Source: Candidatus Saccharimonadota bacterium
Lineage (GTDB): Bacteria > Patescibacteriota > Patescibacteriia > 2-12-FULL-60-25
Assembly (NCBI GenBank): GCA_016699205.1
Contig: CP064964.1
Span: forward strand, 750,001-782,000
Length of the DNA stretch: 32,000 nucleotides
Direction: 5' to 3'
Numbering within the stretch: position 1 is the stretch's first letter; each line of letters starts with the position of its first letter. This document shows positions 1-7,205 of this stretch, piece by piece. The translations under genes and the position numbers were made by a program. The notes beneath the pieces are model-generated. The model ran no database searches. It was not told the DNA's origin and saw only the letters and a list, made by a program, of their open reading frames with translations.

Positions 1-461
1 AAGCTGAATACGTCGAGCGTCTTCACAAGCAAGGCCTACGCGAACGCGAGCATGCGGCACAGGTCGATGCTTGGAACAAGGAGCTCGAGCTCAAGAAGGA
101 GATCGACGCTTGGTCGGGCGCTGCTCTCAAGGCAGAGACCACCGGCAAGCTCTCGGATGTCGAGAGGCGCATGAGCGAGATGGAAGGCCGCATGAACGGG
201 TATGAGCGTCGTGCGATTTCCGCTGAGAAGGATCTCGACGAAACCAACGATTTCCTCGAAGTGGCCCGCAAGGAGTTCAAGGCGGCCAAGGAATTGATCG
301 AAGGGATCAAGAAGGGTCCCAATTTCCTGGAAGCCAGAACGGCGCAGATGGCCGAGTACATTTCCCAGCTGGAGGAGAAGCTCGGGATCGAGCGTAAGTC
401 CATCTGGGCTGGCTTGCCCGACTTGGCCTACGGCTCGGTTCCGCCCAAGGCAAAGGCCTAA
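1..461 (+). CDS. 3' part of a coiled-coil protein of unknown function (5' end outside window)
   Basis: Frame 3 is open from base 3 (AEYVERLHKQGLREREHAAQVDAWNKELELKKEIDAW...) and continues into tracked ORF 171..461. The sequence is E/K/L-rich and heptad-like. Stop TAA at 459..461. No family recognised. Confidence 0.6.
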   Translation, partial: AEYVERLHKQGLREREHAAQVDAWNKELELKKEIDAWSGAALKAETTGKLSDVERRMSEMEGRMNGYERRAISAEKDLDETNDFLEVARKEFKAAKELIEGIKKGPNFLEARTAQMAEYISQLEEKLGIERKSIWAGLPDLAYGSVPPKAKA

Positions 462-484
462 TCATCGCACTTTTTCTACTCTTT

Positions 485-540
485 GCCGCCCGGTCCGTCA
501 GCCTCTCAGGGTTGACAGGCCGGGCGGTTTTGGTTAAGGT
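485..540 (+). promoter_or_regulatory. Intergenic hairpin plus weak -35/-10 candidate upstream of rpsF
   Basis: GCCGCCCGG (485..493) can pair with CCGGGCGGT (520..528), followed by TTTT. TTGACA (512..517) is followed by 17 nt and TAAGGT (535..540). This could be the upstream gene's terminator, the rpsF promoter, or both. The loop is large and the -10 is weak. Confidence 0.3.
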
Positions 541-619
541 TTGGCCACTAAAAAACCTAGCGTGACTGGCCAATCTGCTTTACAGCAGAGCCCCAAATAG
601 GGGACATGTCACAACAACT

Positions 620-1111
620 ATGTCTGACGTATTATCGTCATCCAAGTACGAGCTCATGTACATCATTCCGGCCACTCTTTCTGAAGAAGAGGCAGGAGCG
701 GTGGAGACCAAGATCTCGGCACTTATTACCAAGTACGGTGCGACGGTTGAATCGACCAAGCGCCTCGGCAAGTTTCGTCTTGCTTACATCATCCAGAATC
801 AGCGCCATGGTTACTACATGCTTGTCCGTTTCTCGGCCGAGCGTACGGCCATGAACAAGATCGATGAGAACCTTCGTATCTCGACCGACATCACCCGCCA
901 CATGATTTTGCGTGCGGAGGAAGCTGGCGAGGGCAAGTACAACTTGGTGGAATACAAGGAGATCAACCTTGATAACAAGGAGGATCGTCCGCGCCGCCGT
1001 ACCGATACGGCCAAGGCTGAAGACGCCAAGCCTGCTGAGGGCGAGAAGACCGAAGCCAAGGCCGAGACCGCTCCTGAAGCGGCCTTGCCGGAAGCCGGCA
1101 CCAATGCCTAA
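620..1111 (+). CDS. rpsF: 30S ribosomal protein S6 with a long K/E/A/P-rich C-terminal tail
   Basis: 163 aa. The N-terminal ~100 aa fit the S6 pattern (YELMYIIPATLSEEE...LITKYGATVESTKRLGKFRLAYIIQNQRHGYYMLVRF...ITRHMILR). It sits in the conserved rpsF-ssb-rpsR order. The extra ~60 aa charged tail is not part of the core S6 fold. Confidence 0.95.
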   Translation: MSDVLSSSKYELMYIIPATLSEEEAGAVETKISALITKYGATVESTKRLGKFRLAYIIQNQRHGYYMLVRFSAERTAMNKIDENLRISTDITRHMILRAEEAGEGKYNLVEYKEINLDNKEDRPRRRTDTAKAEDAKPAEGEKTEAKAETAPEAALPEAGTNA

Positions 1112-1122
1112 ACTGGTTCTAT

Positions 1123-1587
1123 ATGGATTTGAACCGCGCCATGATCATCGGTAACGTGACCCGCGACCCGGAACTCCGGACAACGGCCACGGGACAAAAT
1201 GTTTGTTCTTTTGGCATCGCTACCAACCAGCAATGGACGGATGCGCAAGGCCAAAAGCAGCAGCGCGCGGAGTATCACAATATTGTCGCTTGGGGAAAGC
1301 TCGCAGAAATCTGCGGCCAGTATCTCGGCAAAGGCCGCAAGGTCTATATCGAGGGACGTCTGCAGACACGCGAGTGGGAAACCCAGGATGCACAAAAGCG
1401 TCAACGCACCGAGATCGTCGCAGATAACATGATCTTGCTCGATCGTAAGGACGTTGGTTCCCAGGCTCCGAGCCGTACGCCCTCGCCGGCATCGATTCCG
1501 GCCGGTGAATCTCCTGAGCCGACGGTTGCGCCCATGGACAAGTCCATCGGTGACAATGAAATCCGCCTTGAAGATATTCCATTCTAA
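1123..1587 (+). CDS. ssb: Single-stranded DNA-binding protein
   Basis: 154 aa. OB-fold SSB pattern (NRAMIIGNVTRDPELRTTATGQNVCSFGIATNQQWTD...EYHNIVAWGKLAEICGQYLGKGRKVYIEGRLQTREW), then a P/S-rich linker and an acidic C-terminal tip ending EDIPF. Located between rpsF and rpsR. Confidence 0.95.
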   Translation: MDLNRAMIIGNVTRDPELRTTATGQNVCSFGIATNQQWTDAQGQKQQRAEYHNIVAWGKLAEICGQYLGKGRKVYIEGRLQTREWETQDAQKRQRTEIVADNMILLDRKDVGSQAPSRTPSPASIPAGESPEPTVAPMDKSIGDNEIRLEDIPF

Positions 1588-1651
1588 ACTCAACATTATT
1601 TATTTCATCCCGCGCGTTTCCGGCTGATTCGTTCCCAACGCGCCCACACTT

Positions 1652-1873
1652 ATGCAACACAAGAAAAGCACTCCGCGAACCTGTTTCTTCTGCCAACAGA
1701 ACGTAACTGAAATCAACTACAAGGATACCGATACGCTTCGCCGCTACCTTTCCTCGTTTGGAAAGATCGTGCCGCGCAAGCGCTCCGGTGTCTGCGCCTG
1801 GCATCAGCGCAAGCTGGCTAACGCGATCAAGCGCGCCCGCTTCATGGCCTTGGTTCCGTACTTGGTTCGCTAA
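1652..1873 (+). CDS. rpsR: 30S ribosomal protein S18
   Basis: 73 aa. S18 signature CFFC...INYKD...LRRYLSSFGKIVPRKRSGVCAWHQRKLANAIKRARFMALVPY. Confidence 0.95.
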   Translation: MQHKKSTPRTCFFCQQNVTEINYKDTDTLRRYLSSFGKIVPRKRSGVCAWHQRKLANAIKRARFMALVPYLVR

Positions 1874-1878
1874 ACACA

Positions 1879-1905
1879 AATCCCCCGGAAACGGGGGATT
1901 TTGTT
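1879..1905 (+). terminator. Rho-independent terminator after rpsR
   Basis: AATCCCCCG (1879..1887), loop GAAA, CGGGGGATT (1892..1900), followed by TTGTT. Confidence 0.8.
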
Positions 1906-1918
1906 ATACTTGGAATAT

Positions 1919-2443
1919 ATGAACGAGCAACGGAATATGCCGGCAACGGATTGGGAAGGGGAGGGAGTACAGATTTTCCGACCGGAAGATTTGGTGCGCA
2001 ATGATCTCGCTAAAAAGTTTGAGATGTTATTACCAGTGGGCACGTCCAAAGAGCGAGTTATGGATTTGGTCGATATGGTGCAAAAAGCCAAGACGCCGGA
2101 TTTTTCTTGGGTGCCTGAAGGAGCGCGCGGACCGGTTTTGCATGAAGCGCGTTTAGCCGCGGATGCCTTTGATCGCATCGCTGTCCAAAAAGTTGAGGCG
2201 GAGATGCAGCGCGCGGAGCGGGCGAAGACGATTCCGGAGATGCAACAAGCGGATGAGACCGAGCGTCAGGAAGTTATTGAGAAGTTTCGAGATGAGTTTG
2301 CCGGCGAGAAGAAAGTCGCTTCTGATCAGGCTGAGTTAGAGCGCTTGGCGCGAACATTTGAGTTGCCGCCCGAGGACCAGGGTCGGGTTTCACAGAGACA
2401 GATTCCAACGATGATCGTGAAGCGGAAGGACTTGAGAAAATAA
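1919..2443 (+). CDS. Hypothetical protein, charged and helical
   Basis: Tracked ORF 1901..2443 starts at a TTG inside the rpsR terminator. The first ATG is at 1919 (MNEQRNMPATDW...); an alternative ATG lies at 1937. The E/R/K-rich C-terminal half has no recognisable family. It ends 24 nt before epmA. Confidence 0.55.
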   Translation: MNEQRNMPATDWEGEGVQIFRPEDLVRNDLAKKFEMLLPVGTSKERVMDLVDMVQKAKTPDFSWVPEGARGPVLHEARLAADAFDRIAVQKVEAEMQRAERAKTIPEMQQADETERQEVIEKFRDEFAGEKKVASDQAELERLARTFELPPEDQGRVSQRQIPTMIVKRKDLRK

Positions 2444-2467
2444 GGGATTTCTGCTTGGATAGCACGC

Positions 2468-3469
2468 ATGAAGAAGGAGTTGGTTCAGGCGCGCTCACGC
2501 GTGGTGAAGCTTGTTCGTCGATATTTTGATGAGCAGGGCTTTTTGGAATTGCAGACGCCGCGACTTGTCGGACTTCCGGGTCAGGAGCCGTATCTTGAAC
2601 CGATGTGGACTGAGGTCAGTGGTCAGGTGTCAGTGGTCAGTGATCAGTCAGGTGAACTGACAACTGAAAACAAAAAACTGAAAACCGCCCTCATTACGAG
2701 TCCGGAATATGCTATGAAGCGCATGCTTGCTGCTGGCTTCGACAAAATTTATGATTTGGGTCCGTGTTTTCGGAATAGCGAACCGTGGGATGGGACGCAT
2801 GATCAGGAGTTTCTGATGTGTGAATGGTATGAAAAGGGGATCGGACTTTCCGAGCTCATGGATCGGACCGAGGCGATGGTTAAGTTTGTTGCTCAAGAAT
2901 ATGGTAAGCCGTTTACGGGCGATTTTCGCCGACTCACCGTGAAAGAGGCGATGAAGTTGTACGCAGGTATTGATTTGGAAACGCTGCATGATGATCGTGA
3001 GGCTATGGCAAAGGTTGCGATCGAGCATGGCCAGACAGTGACGGAAACGGACACTTGGGACGACTTGTTTTTCAAAGTGTTTTTGAGCGAGGTCGAGCCA
3101 AAGCTTGGGGAGACGCCGACGTTTTTAACGCATTATCCTGCTTCGATGGCGGCGCTTGCACAGAAAGATTCTGCTGATCCGCGTTTTGCCTTGCGTACCG
3201 AGCTATATATCGGGGAGTTGGAGCTAGCGAATGGATTTGTGGAACTGGCGGATCCGATCGAGCAGCGTAAACGGTTTGAGGAGGAGCAGGTGTTGCGAAA
3301 ATCTCTTGGAAAAGAAGTTTGGCCGATCGACGAACGCTTCATGGAGGCGCTGCCAAAGATGGGGCAGGCAGCGGGAATCGCATTTGGAGTGGATCGATTG
3401 GTGATGCTTTTGACTGGAACCAAATCGATTAGCGACTTGATGCCGATTCCGATTCGAGAACGGTTTTAA
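2468..3469 (+). CDS. epmA: EF-P lysine-lysyltransferase (EpmA/GenX/PoxA-like truncated class II lysyl-tRNA synthetase paralog)
   Basis: 333 aa. Class II aaRS catalytic core with no anticodon-binding domain. It is collinear with E. coli EpmA as I recall it (RRYFDEQGFLELQTP; LITSPEYAMKRMLAAGFDKIYDLGPCFRNSE...HDQEFLMCEWY; ELANGFVELADPIEQRKRFEEE; GIAFGVDRLVMLLTG). An efp gene lies 600 bp downstream. Confidence 0.85.
   Translation: MKKELVQARSRVVKLVRRYFDEQGFLELQTPRLVGLPGQEPYLEPMWTEVSGQVSVVSDQSGELTTENKKLKTALITSPEYAMKRMLAAGFDKIYDLGPCFRNSEPWDGTHDQEFLMCEWYEKGIGLSELMDRTEAMVKFVAQEYGKPFTGDFRRLTVKEAMKLYAGIDLETLHDDREAMAKVAIEHGQTVTETDTWDDLFFKVFLSEVEPKLGETPTFLTHYPASMAALAQKDSADPRFALRTELYIGELELANGFVELADPIEQRKRFEEEQVLRKSLGKEVWPIDERFMEALPKMGQAAGIAFGVDRLVMLLTGTKSISDLMPIPIRERF
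2615..2693 (+). repeat. Short tandem/low-complexity DNA tract inside epmA
   Basis: GTCAGTGGTCAG occurs at 2615..2626 and again at 2629..2640, followed by degenerate ATCAGTCAG and AACTGA/AAAAC iterations. It encodes SGQVSVVSDQSGELTTENKKLKT in a loop that is short in E. coli EpmA. Confidence 0.7.
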
Positions 3470-3497
3470 AAATCCCCGCTTGAGCGGGGATTTTTAT
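3468..3497. terminator. Bidirectional rho-independent terminator (epmA / convergent minus-strand gene)
   Basis: AAAAATCCCCGC, loop TTGA, GCGGGGATTTTT. A/T runs flank both sides, between two convergent stop codons. Confidence 0.85.
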
Positions 3498-4000
3498 TAT
3501 GGTGTGACCGGGAGGCTGAGGACTTCTGCGTCGCCGCAATATTCTCCGTTTGGATAAGGTGTGACTCCGTAGCCGCAGCGGGCGCTTCCGTCCGGGTTGT
3601 TGGTCGTGACGCGGATCCAGAAGGTTGATGGCTTATCGACTTTTGGATAGGTGAGGGTGCAGCGGTTTTGCGGCCAGAAATCGACTTTGCCCCAGACACG
3701 GCACTCTTGGATTTCCATCCATTCTTTTGGCTGATCCTTTTCACTATCCGTGACGGCTACGTAGACGCTGCGGAATTGTGAGCTGAAAGGGCTGCCGGTT
3801 GCTTTGTAACTGATGTCGATGGTTCGGGAGGGGATGCCGCTTAAGTCGAGGGTTTGGATTCTTTCTTTGATGGTGACCCAATCGATAGAGGCGCGCGTTG
3901 AAGAGTAGACGTTTTGGCTAATGAACATGACGCTGGTTACCACGACGAGCGCGAGAATCGTCGACATGATCGCCGCATTCTTTTTGTATTGGTCGTGCAT
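3497..4000 (-). CDS. Small membrane-anchored or secreted protein of unknown function
   Basis: Tracked ORF 3497..4300 overlaps efp, so I trimmed it to the internal ATG at 4000 (MHDQYKKNAAIMSTILALVVVTSVMFISQ...). It has an N-terminal hydrophobic helix, then a ~140 aa domain with 4 Cys. An alternative start is at 3967. Confidence 0.6.
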   Translation of the reverse strand: MHDQYKKNAAIMSTILALVVVTSVMFISQNVYSSTRASIDWVTIKERIQTLDLSGIPSRTIDISYKATGSPFSSQFRSVYVAVTDSEKDQPKEWMEIQECRVWGKVDFWPQNRCTLTYPKVDKPSTFWIRVTTNNPDGSARCGYGVTPYPNGEYCGDAEVLSLPVTP

Positions 4001-4035
4001 AGGATTGCTCGCAGTATAGCATTTTGCTTGGACCG

Positions 4036-4064
4036 TTGACGAAATGACGGCTTTTAGCCATACT
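4036..4064 (+). promoter_or_regulatory. Candidate sigma70-like promoter of efp
   Basis: TTGACG (4036..4041), 17 nt, CATACT (4059..4064), 11 nt before the efp ATG. It is embedded in GACCGTTGACGAAAT, which recurs at 12441. Confidence 0.4.
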
Positions 4065-4075
4065 TCCGGCCATCT

Positions 4076-4639
4076 ATGGCATCTACATCCGACATCAAGA
4101 AAGGCGTTGTTATCCAGGATCCGCAAGGGTTGTGGGTCGTCAACGAATTCCAGCACATCAACCCAGGTAAGGGTGCGGCTTTTGTGCGTACGCGCATCAA
4201 GAATTTGCAGACCGGCAAGACGTTGGAAACGACGTATAAGACATCGGAAACCATTACGTTGGTCGATGTAGAGCATCGCCGTATGCAGTACTTGTTCCAC
4301 GATGCGACGGGTTATACCTTCATGGATAAGGATACCTATGACCAGGTGTCGATGTCGGATGCGGATGTTGGTGCTGATGGTAAGTATCTCCGCGATGGTA
4401 TGGATATCAACGTGACGACGTATGAAGGCCAGCCGATCGCCCTTGAGCTTCCGCGCAAGATGACGTTCAAGGTTACGGAAGCGATGGATGCTTCATCTGG
4501 TAACACGGTGTCTGGTGGAAACATGACCAAGGAGGTTACCGTGGATGGCGGAATCAAGGTTCATGTACCGCTCTTCATTAAGCAGGGCGAGGACATTATC
4601 ATCAATACGGAAAACGGTGAGTACGTAGAACGAGCGTAA
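4076..4639 (+). CDS. efp: Translation elongation factor P
   Basis: 187 aa. EF-P pattern (DIKKGVVI...LWVVNEFQHINPGKGAAFVRTRIKNLQTGKTLETTYKTSE...VEHRRMQYLFHD...YTFMDKDTYDQ). The tip of the modified loop is Lys in PGKG. Confidence 0.95.
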   Translation: MASTSDIKKGVVIQDPQGLWVVNEFQHINPGKGAAFVRTRIKNLQTGKTLETTYKTSETITLVDVEHRRMQYLFHDATGYTFMDKDTYDQVSMSDADVGADGKYLRDGMDINVTTYEGQPIALELPRKMTFKVTEAMDASSGNTVSGGNMTKEVTVDGGIKVHVPLFIKQGEDIIINTENGEYVERA

Positions 4640-4675
4640 GAAAGCCATATACACGCAACTTAATCATAATCATAA

Positions 4676-4706
4676 AAACGCTCCCGGTTTGGGAGCGCTT
4701 TTTATT
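4676..4706. terminator. Bidirectional terminator between efp and the convergent 796-aa gene
   Basis: CGCTCCC (4679..4685), loop GGTTT, GGGAGCG (4691..4697), flanked by AAAA and CTTTTTATT. Confidence 0.75.
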
Positions 4707-4738
4707 AATGATGCGTGACGATGATGCGTGAATATGGC

Positions 4739-7129
4739 TTAAAAGTTCTGATCGACCTGGAGGACGGCTCCGGCTTCTGCGGCTGGGTTGAAGTCGCTGG
4801 TGGTGTTGATGTCGGTACCGAATCGATAGTTGGTGTAGAAGGCGTCGGAGATGTCATCGATCTGACGATTCCAGAGGGAGCCATAGAGTGCGCGGGCGGC
4901 GGTTTCTGAGGTGATCCATCGGAGGAGACCGTTTCTGCCGACGGCGTAGACTCGGTCGAGGGTGGTGAATTTTACGAGGCGGATTCCCGGGCGATAGGTG
5001 ACGTTGGCGCCGAGCGGGAAGGTGGAGAGGGAGTCGAGCTCGTAGACGGTGTTGAAGTCGGCGTACCAGGTGAAGTAGGCGCGTTCATTTGGGAAGGCGT
5101 GGCGCTTGCCGTCGGAGCTGACGTAGTAGATCGCTTTGCATGCGTGGTTGGAATCGACGACGGTTGGCGGACAGCGGAGTTTTACAAGCTGGCGATAGTA
5201 AGAGCCGCCGGGAGGAGTGGTTGGGGTCACGGAGGTTGTACTTACCGTGATGCTCGTAACAGGTCCTGTTCCGACGTTGCCGCGTTCATCGGTGCAGGTT
5301 GCGTACATGTTGTAGTTGCCAGGTGTGACGGAGGTAAAGAAGGTGTATTGATGCGATGCGTAGCCGACGCTTGCACCTGTTCTCGACAAAACGTATGGAA
5401 CGTAGCGGGAGCCTTGTTGAACGTATAGAGTGCAGTTGGTGATATAGCTCGCGTCCGCAAAGGAAACGCTATAGGTTTGGGTTGTTCCTCGTGTGGCGGT
5501 GTTTGGGGAAACGGGTCCGACTGTCGGTGCCGTCGTATCTGTTCCTGACGGAGCCGGTGTGGATGCTGCCGTAACGGAAATGCTAGTGACACCGTTGCCA
5601 AAATTGCCGGCAGCATCGCGACAACGGACTTCCATAGCAATGGAGCCACTGCCTGAGAATGTATGGTTACGGCTTACGGTTCCGCCCGTGCTTGCTCCAA
5701 GCGTCATGCCTCCGATCAAGGAGCCGCCGATGTAGAGGTCACATGCTGTGACGCCCACAGCATCGGAATAGACGGCGGTGACGGCGTAGGAGGTGCCTGC
5801 AACGGCGTTTACGGGAGCAAGGGAGGAGACGCTTGGAGCGATTGAGTCTGATGGGGCTGTCGTGCTCGCGGTTACGATTTGAGAACGTGTTCCGCTGTTT
5901 CCAGCGGCATCATAGCAACGAACCTCAACAGTGTAGCTTCCGGCAAATTCAAATGTTTCGTTACGTGTAGCGGTACCGTTGGTGGATCCGCTTAGAGACA
6001 TGCTTCCCGTGTTTACACCGTTCAGGAAATATTGGCATGTTGTAACGCCGACGGCATCCGAGTAGTTGGCGGAAATGGTGACGGAGGAGCCAACGGTGGC
6101 TGTTGATGGAGACAGCGTTGAAATGACGGGGGCTACTGCATCTCCGGCTGGAGCTGCGGAGAACACGATGTCGACAAGCGAGCTCTGCTGCTCTCCGCCT
6201 GAGGCGCTATAACAGACGGCTCGCACTTGATGCGTGCCAGCGGGATAGTGCGCGGCCGTGGGCGAGAATGTGACGCTCGCCGAAGTTCCCGATAGGGTCA
6301 TCGGGACATCTTCACCAAACGGGATGCCGCCGCTGTTGAAGCGGAGGCTGCAAGCTGTTGCGGCTCCAATGAAGGAGGCTGAAAATGTGGTTGAGTTACC
6401 CAGGGTTACGCTTGTTGGGCCCGCATACGTCACGCTTGTGACGACACTGGCGGCGGATACTGTCACGCTGTGATTACGTACCCCAATATTTCCTGCGGCA
6501 TCGCGACAGCGGATTTCTACAAATGCGGTACCGGCGCTGGAAAACGTGTGCAAGCGAGACGCGGTACCAGATGTTCCTGCACCGATGCTCATAGAGCCTT
6601 GAAGCACGCTATTTACATAGAGGTCGCAGCTCGTGACACCGACGGCATCAGAGTAGGCGGCCGTTACAGATATGGCTGTACCTGCTGTTGCGGTTGTTGG
6701 ACCGGAAGAAGTGATAGTAGGAGCAGTAGAGTCGGCCCCTCCGGATGACGAAGCGTTTATAAATACCGTTGGGCTGATTCGAGCGATTCCCGAGGAATCG
6801 GAGCATTGTACCTCTAGGCTATAGATTCCTGCGGGTTGACCTCCTAAGTTGTAGCCGATGGTTGCCGGTGACCCTGGAGTTGAGATGACCATCGTAACGG
6901 GACTGATGCCCTCTCCGGAAGGTTTGGTAATGAAGAGGCTGCAAGTCGTCGGCACTTCACCGGAGTACGCGGCGGAAACTGTGAAGGCGTTTCCGATGGT
7001 TACAGAGGCTGGCGCTGTTACGGTAACGCTTGTGACGGCGCTTTCAGCCGCAAGTGCGATGGGGGAGGTGGGAAGGAGTATCGAGATTCCAAGCAGGAAG
7101 CCGGCGACTCGTATCGAGAGATGTTTCAT
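4739..7129 (-). CDS. Large secreted surface protein: signal peptide, seven Ig-like beta-sandwich modules of two types, C-terminal ~160-aa conserved domain
   Basis: Start trimmed to the ATG at 7129 (MKHLSIRVAGFLLGISILLPTSPIALA/AES, signal-peptide-like). Modules are ~100 aa. Type A: APxxSxxP..A.AG....VTA.YSDAVGVT.C.LY......M......GT..R.HTF...G....E(V/I)RC.DAAGN. Type B: VTSVT..AP.SVT.GN.F..SA......C.L.......Y..G.....V.C. The C-terminus is homologous to the N-terminal domain of the 8304..9896 protein. Confidence 0.85.
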   Translation of the reverse strand: MKHLSIRVAGFLLGISILLPTSPIALAAESAVTSVTVTAPASVTIGNAFTVSAAYSGEVPTTCSLFITKPSGEGISPVTMVISTPGSPATIGYNLGGQPAGIYSLEVQCSDSSGIARISPTVFINASSSGGADSTAPTITSSGPTTATAGTAISVTAAYSDAVGVTSCDLYVNSVLQGSMSIGAGTSGTASRLHTFSSAGTAFVEIRCRDAAGNIGVRNHSVTVSAASVVTSVTYAGPTSVTLGNSTTFSASFIGAATACSLRFNSGGIPFGEDVPMTLSGTSASVTFSPTAAHYPAGTHQVRAVCYSASGGEQQSSLVDIVFSAAPAGDAVAPVISTLSPSTATVGSSVTISANYSDAVGVTTCQYFLNGVNTGSMSLSGSTNGTATRNETFEFAGSYTVEVRCYDAAGNSGTRSQIVTASTTAPSDSIAPSVSSLAPVNAVAGTSYAVTAVYSDAVGVTACDLYIGGSLIGGMTLGASTGGTVSRNHTFSGSGSIAMEVRCRDAAGNFGNGVTSISVTAASTPAPSGTDTTAPTVGPVSPNTATRGTTQTYSVSFADASYITNCTLYVQQGSRYVPYVLSRTGASVGYASHQYTFFTSVTPGNYNMYATCTDERGNVGTGPVTSITVSTTSVTPTTPPGGSYYRQLVKLRCPPTVVDSNHACKAIYYVSSDGKRHAFPNERAYFTWYADFNTVYELDSLSTFPLGANVTYRPGIRLVKFTTLDRVYAVGRNGLLRWITSETAARALYGSLWNRQIDDISDAFYTNYRFGTDINTTSDFNPAAEAGAVLQVDQNF

Positions 7130-7165
7130 AGTTGAGTTTAGTTTAACAATGAACGCGCGTACAAA

Positions 7166-7196
7166 CAAAAAACCCTCCGAGCGGAGGGTTTTTTGT
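7166..7196 (-). terminator. Rho-independent terminator downstream of the 7206.. minus-strand gene
   Basis: AAAAAACCCTCC, loop GAGC, GGAGGGTTTTTT. The hairpin is symmetric with U-runs on both strands. Confidence 0.8.
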
Positions 7197-7205
7197 TTGT
7201 TCTGG

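Noticed and set aside
4001-4300. Long version of minus-strand ORF 3497..4300 overlapping efp
   Set aside because: The upstream 100 codons overlap the conserved efp gene and its promoter. The internal ATG at 4000 gives a sensible protein starting with a TM or signal sequence.
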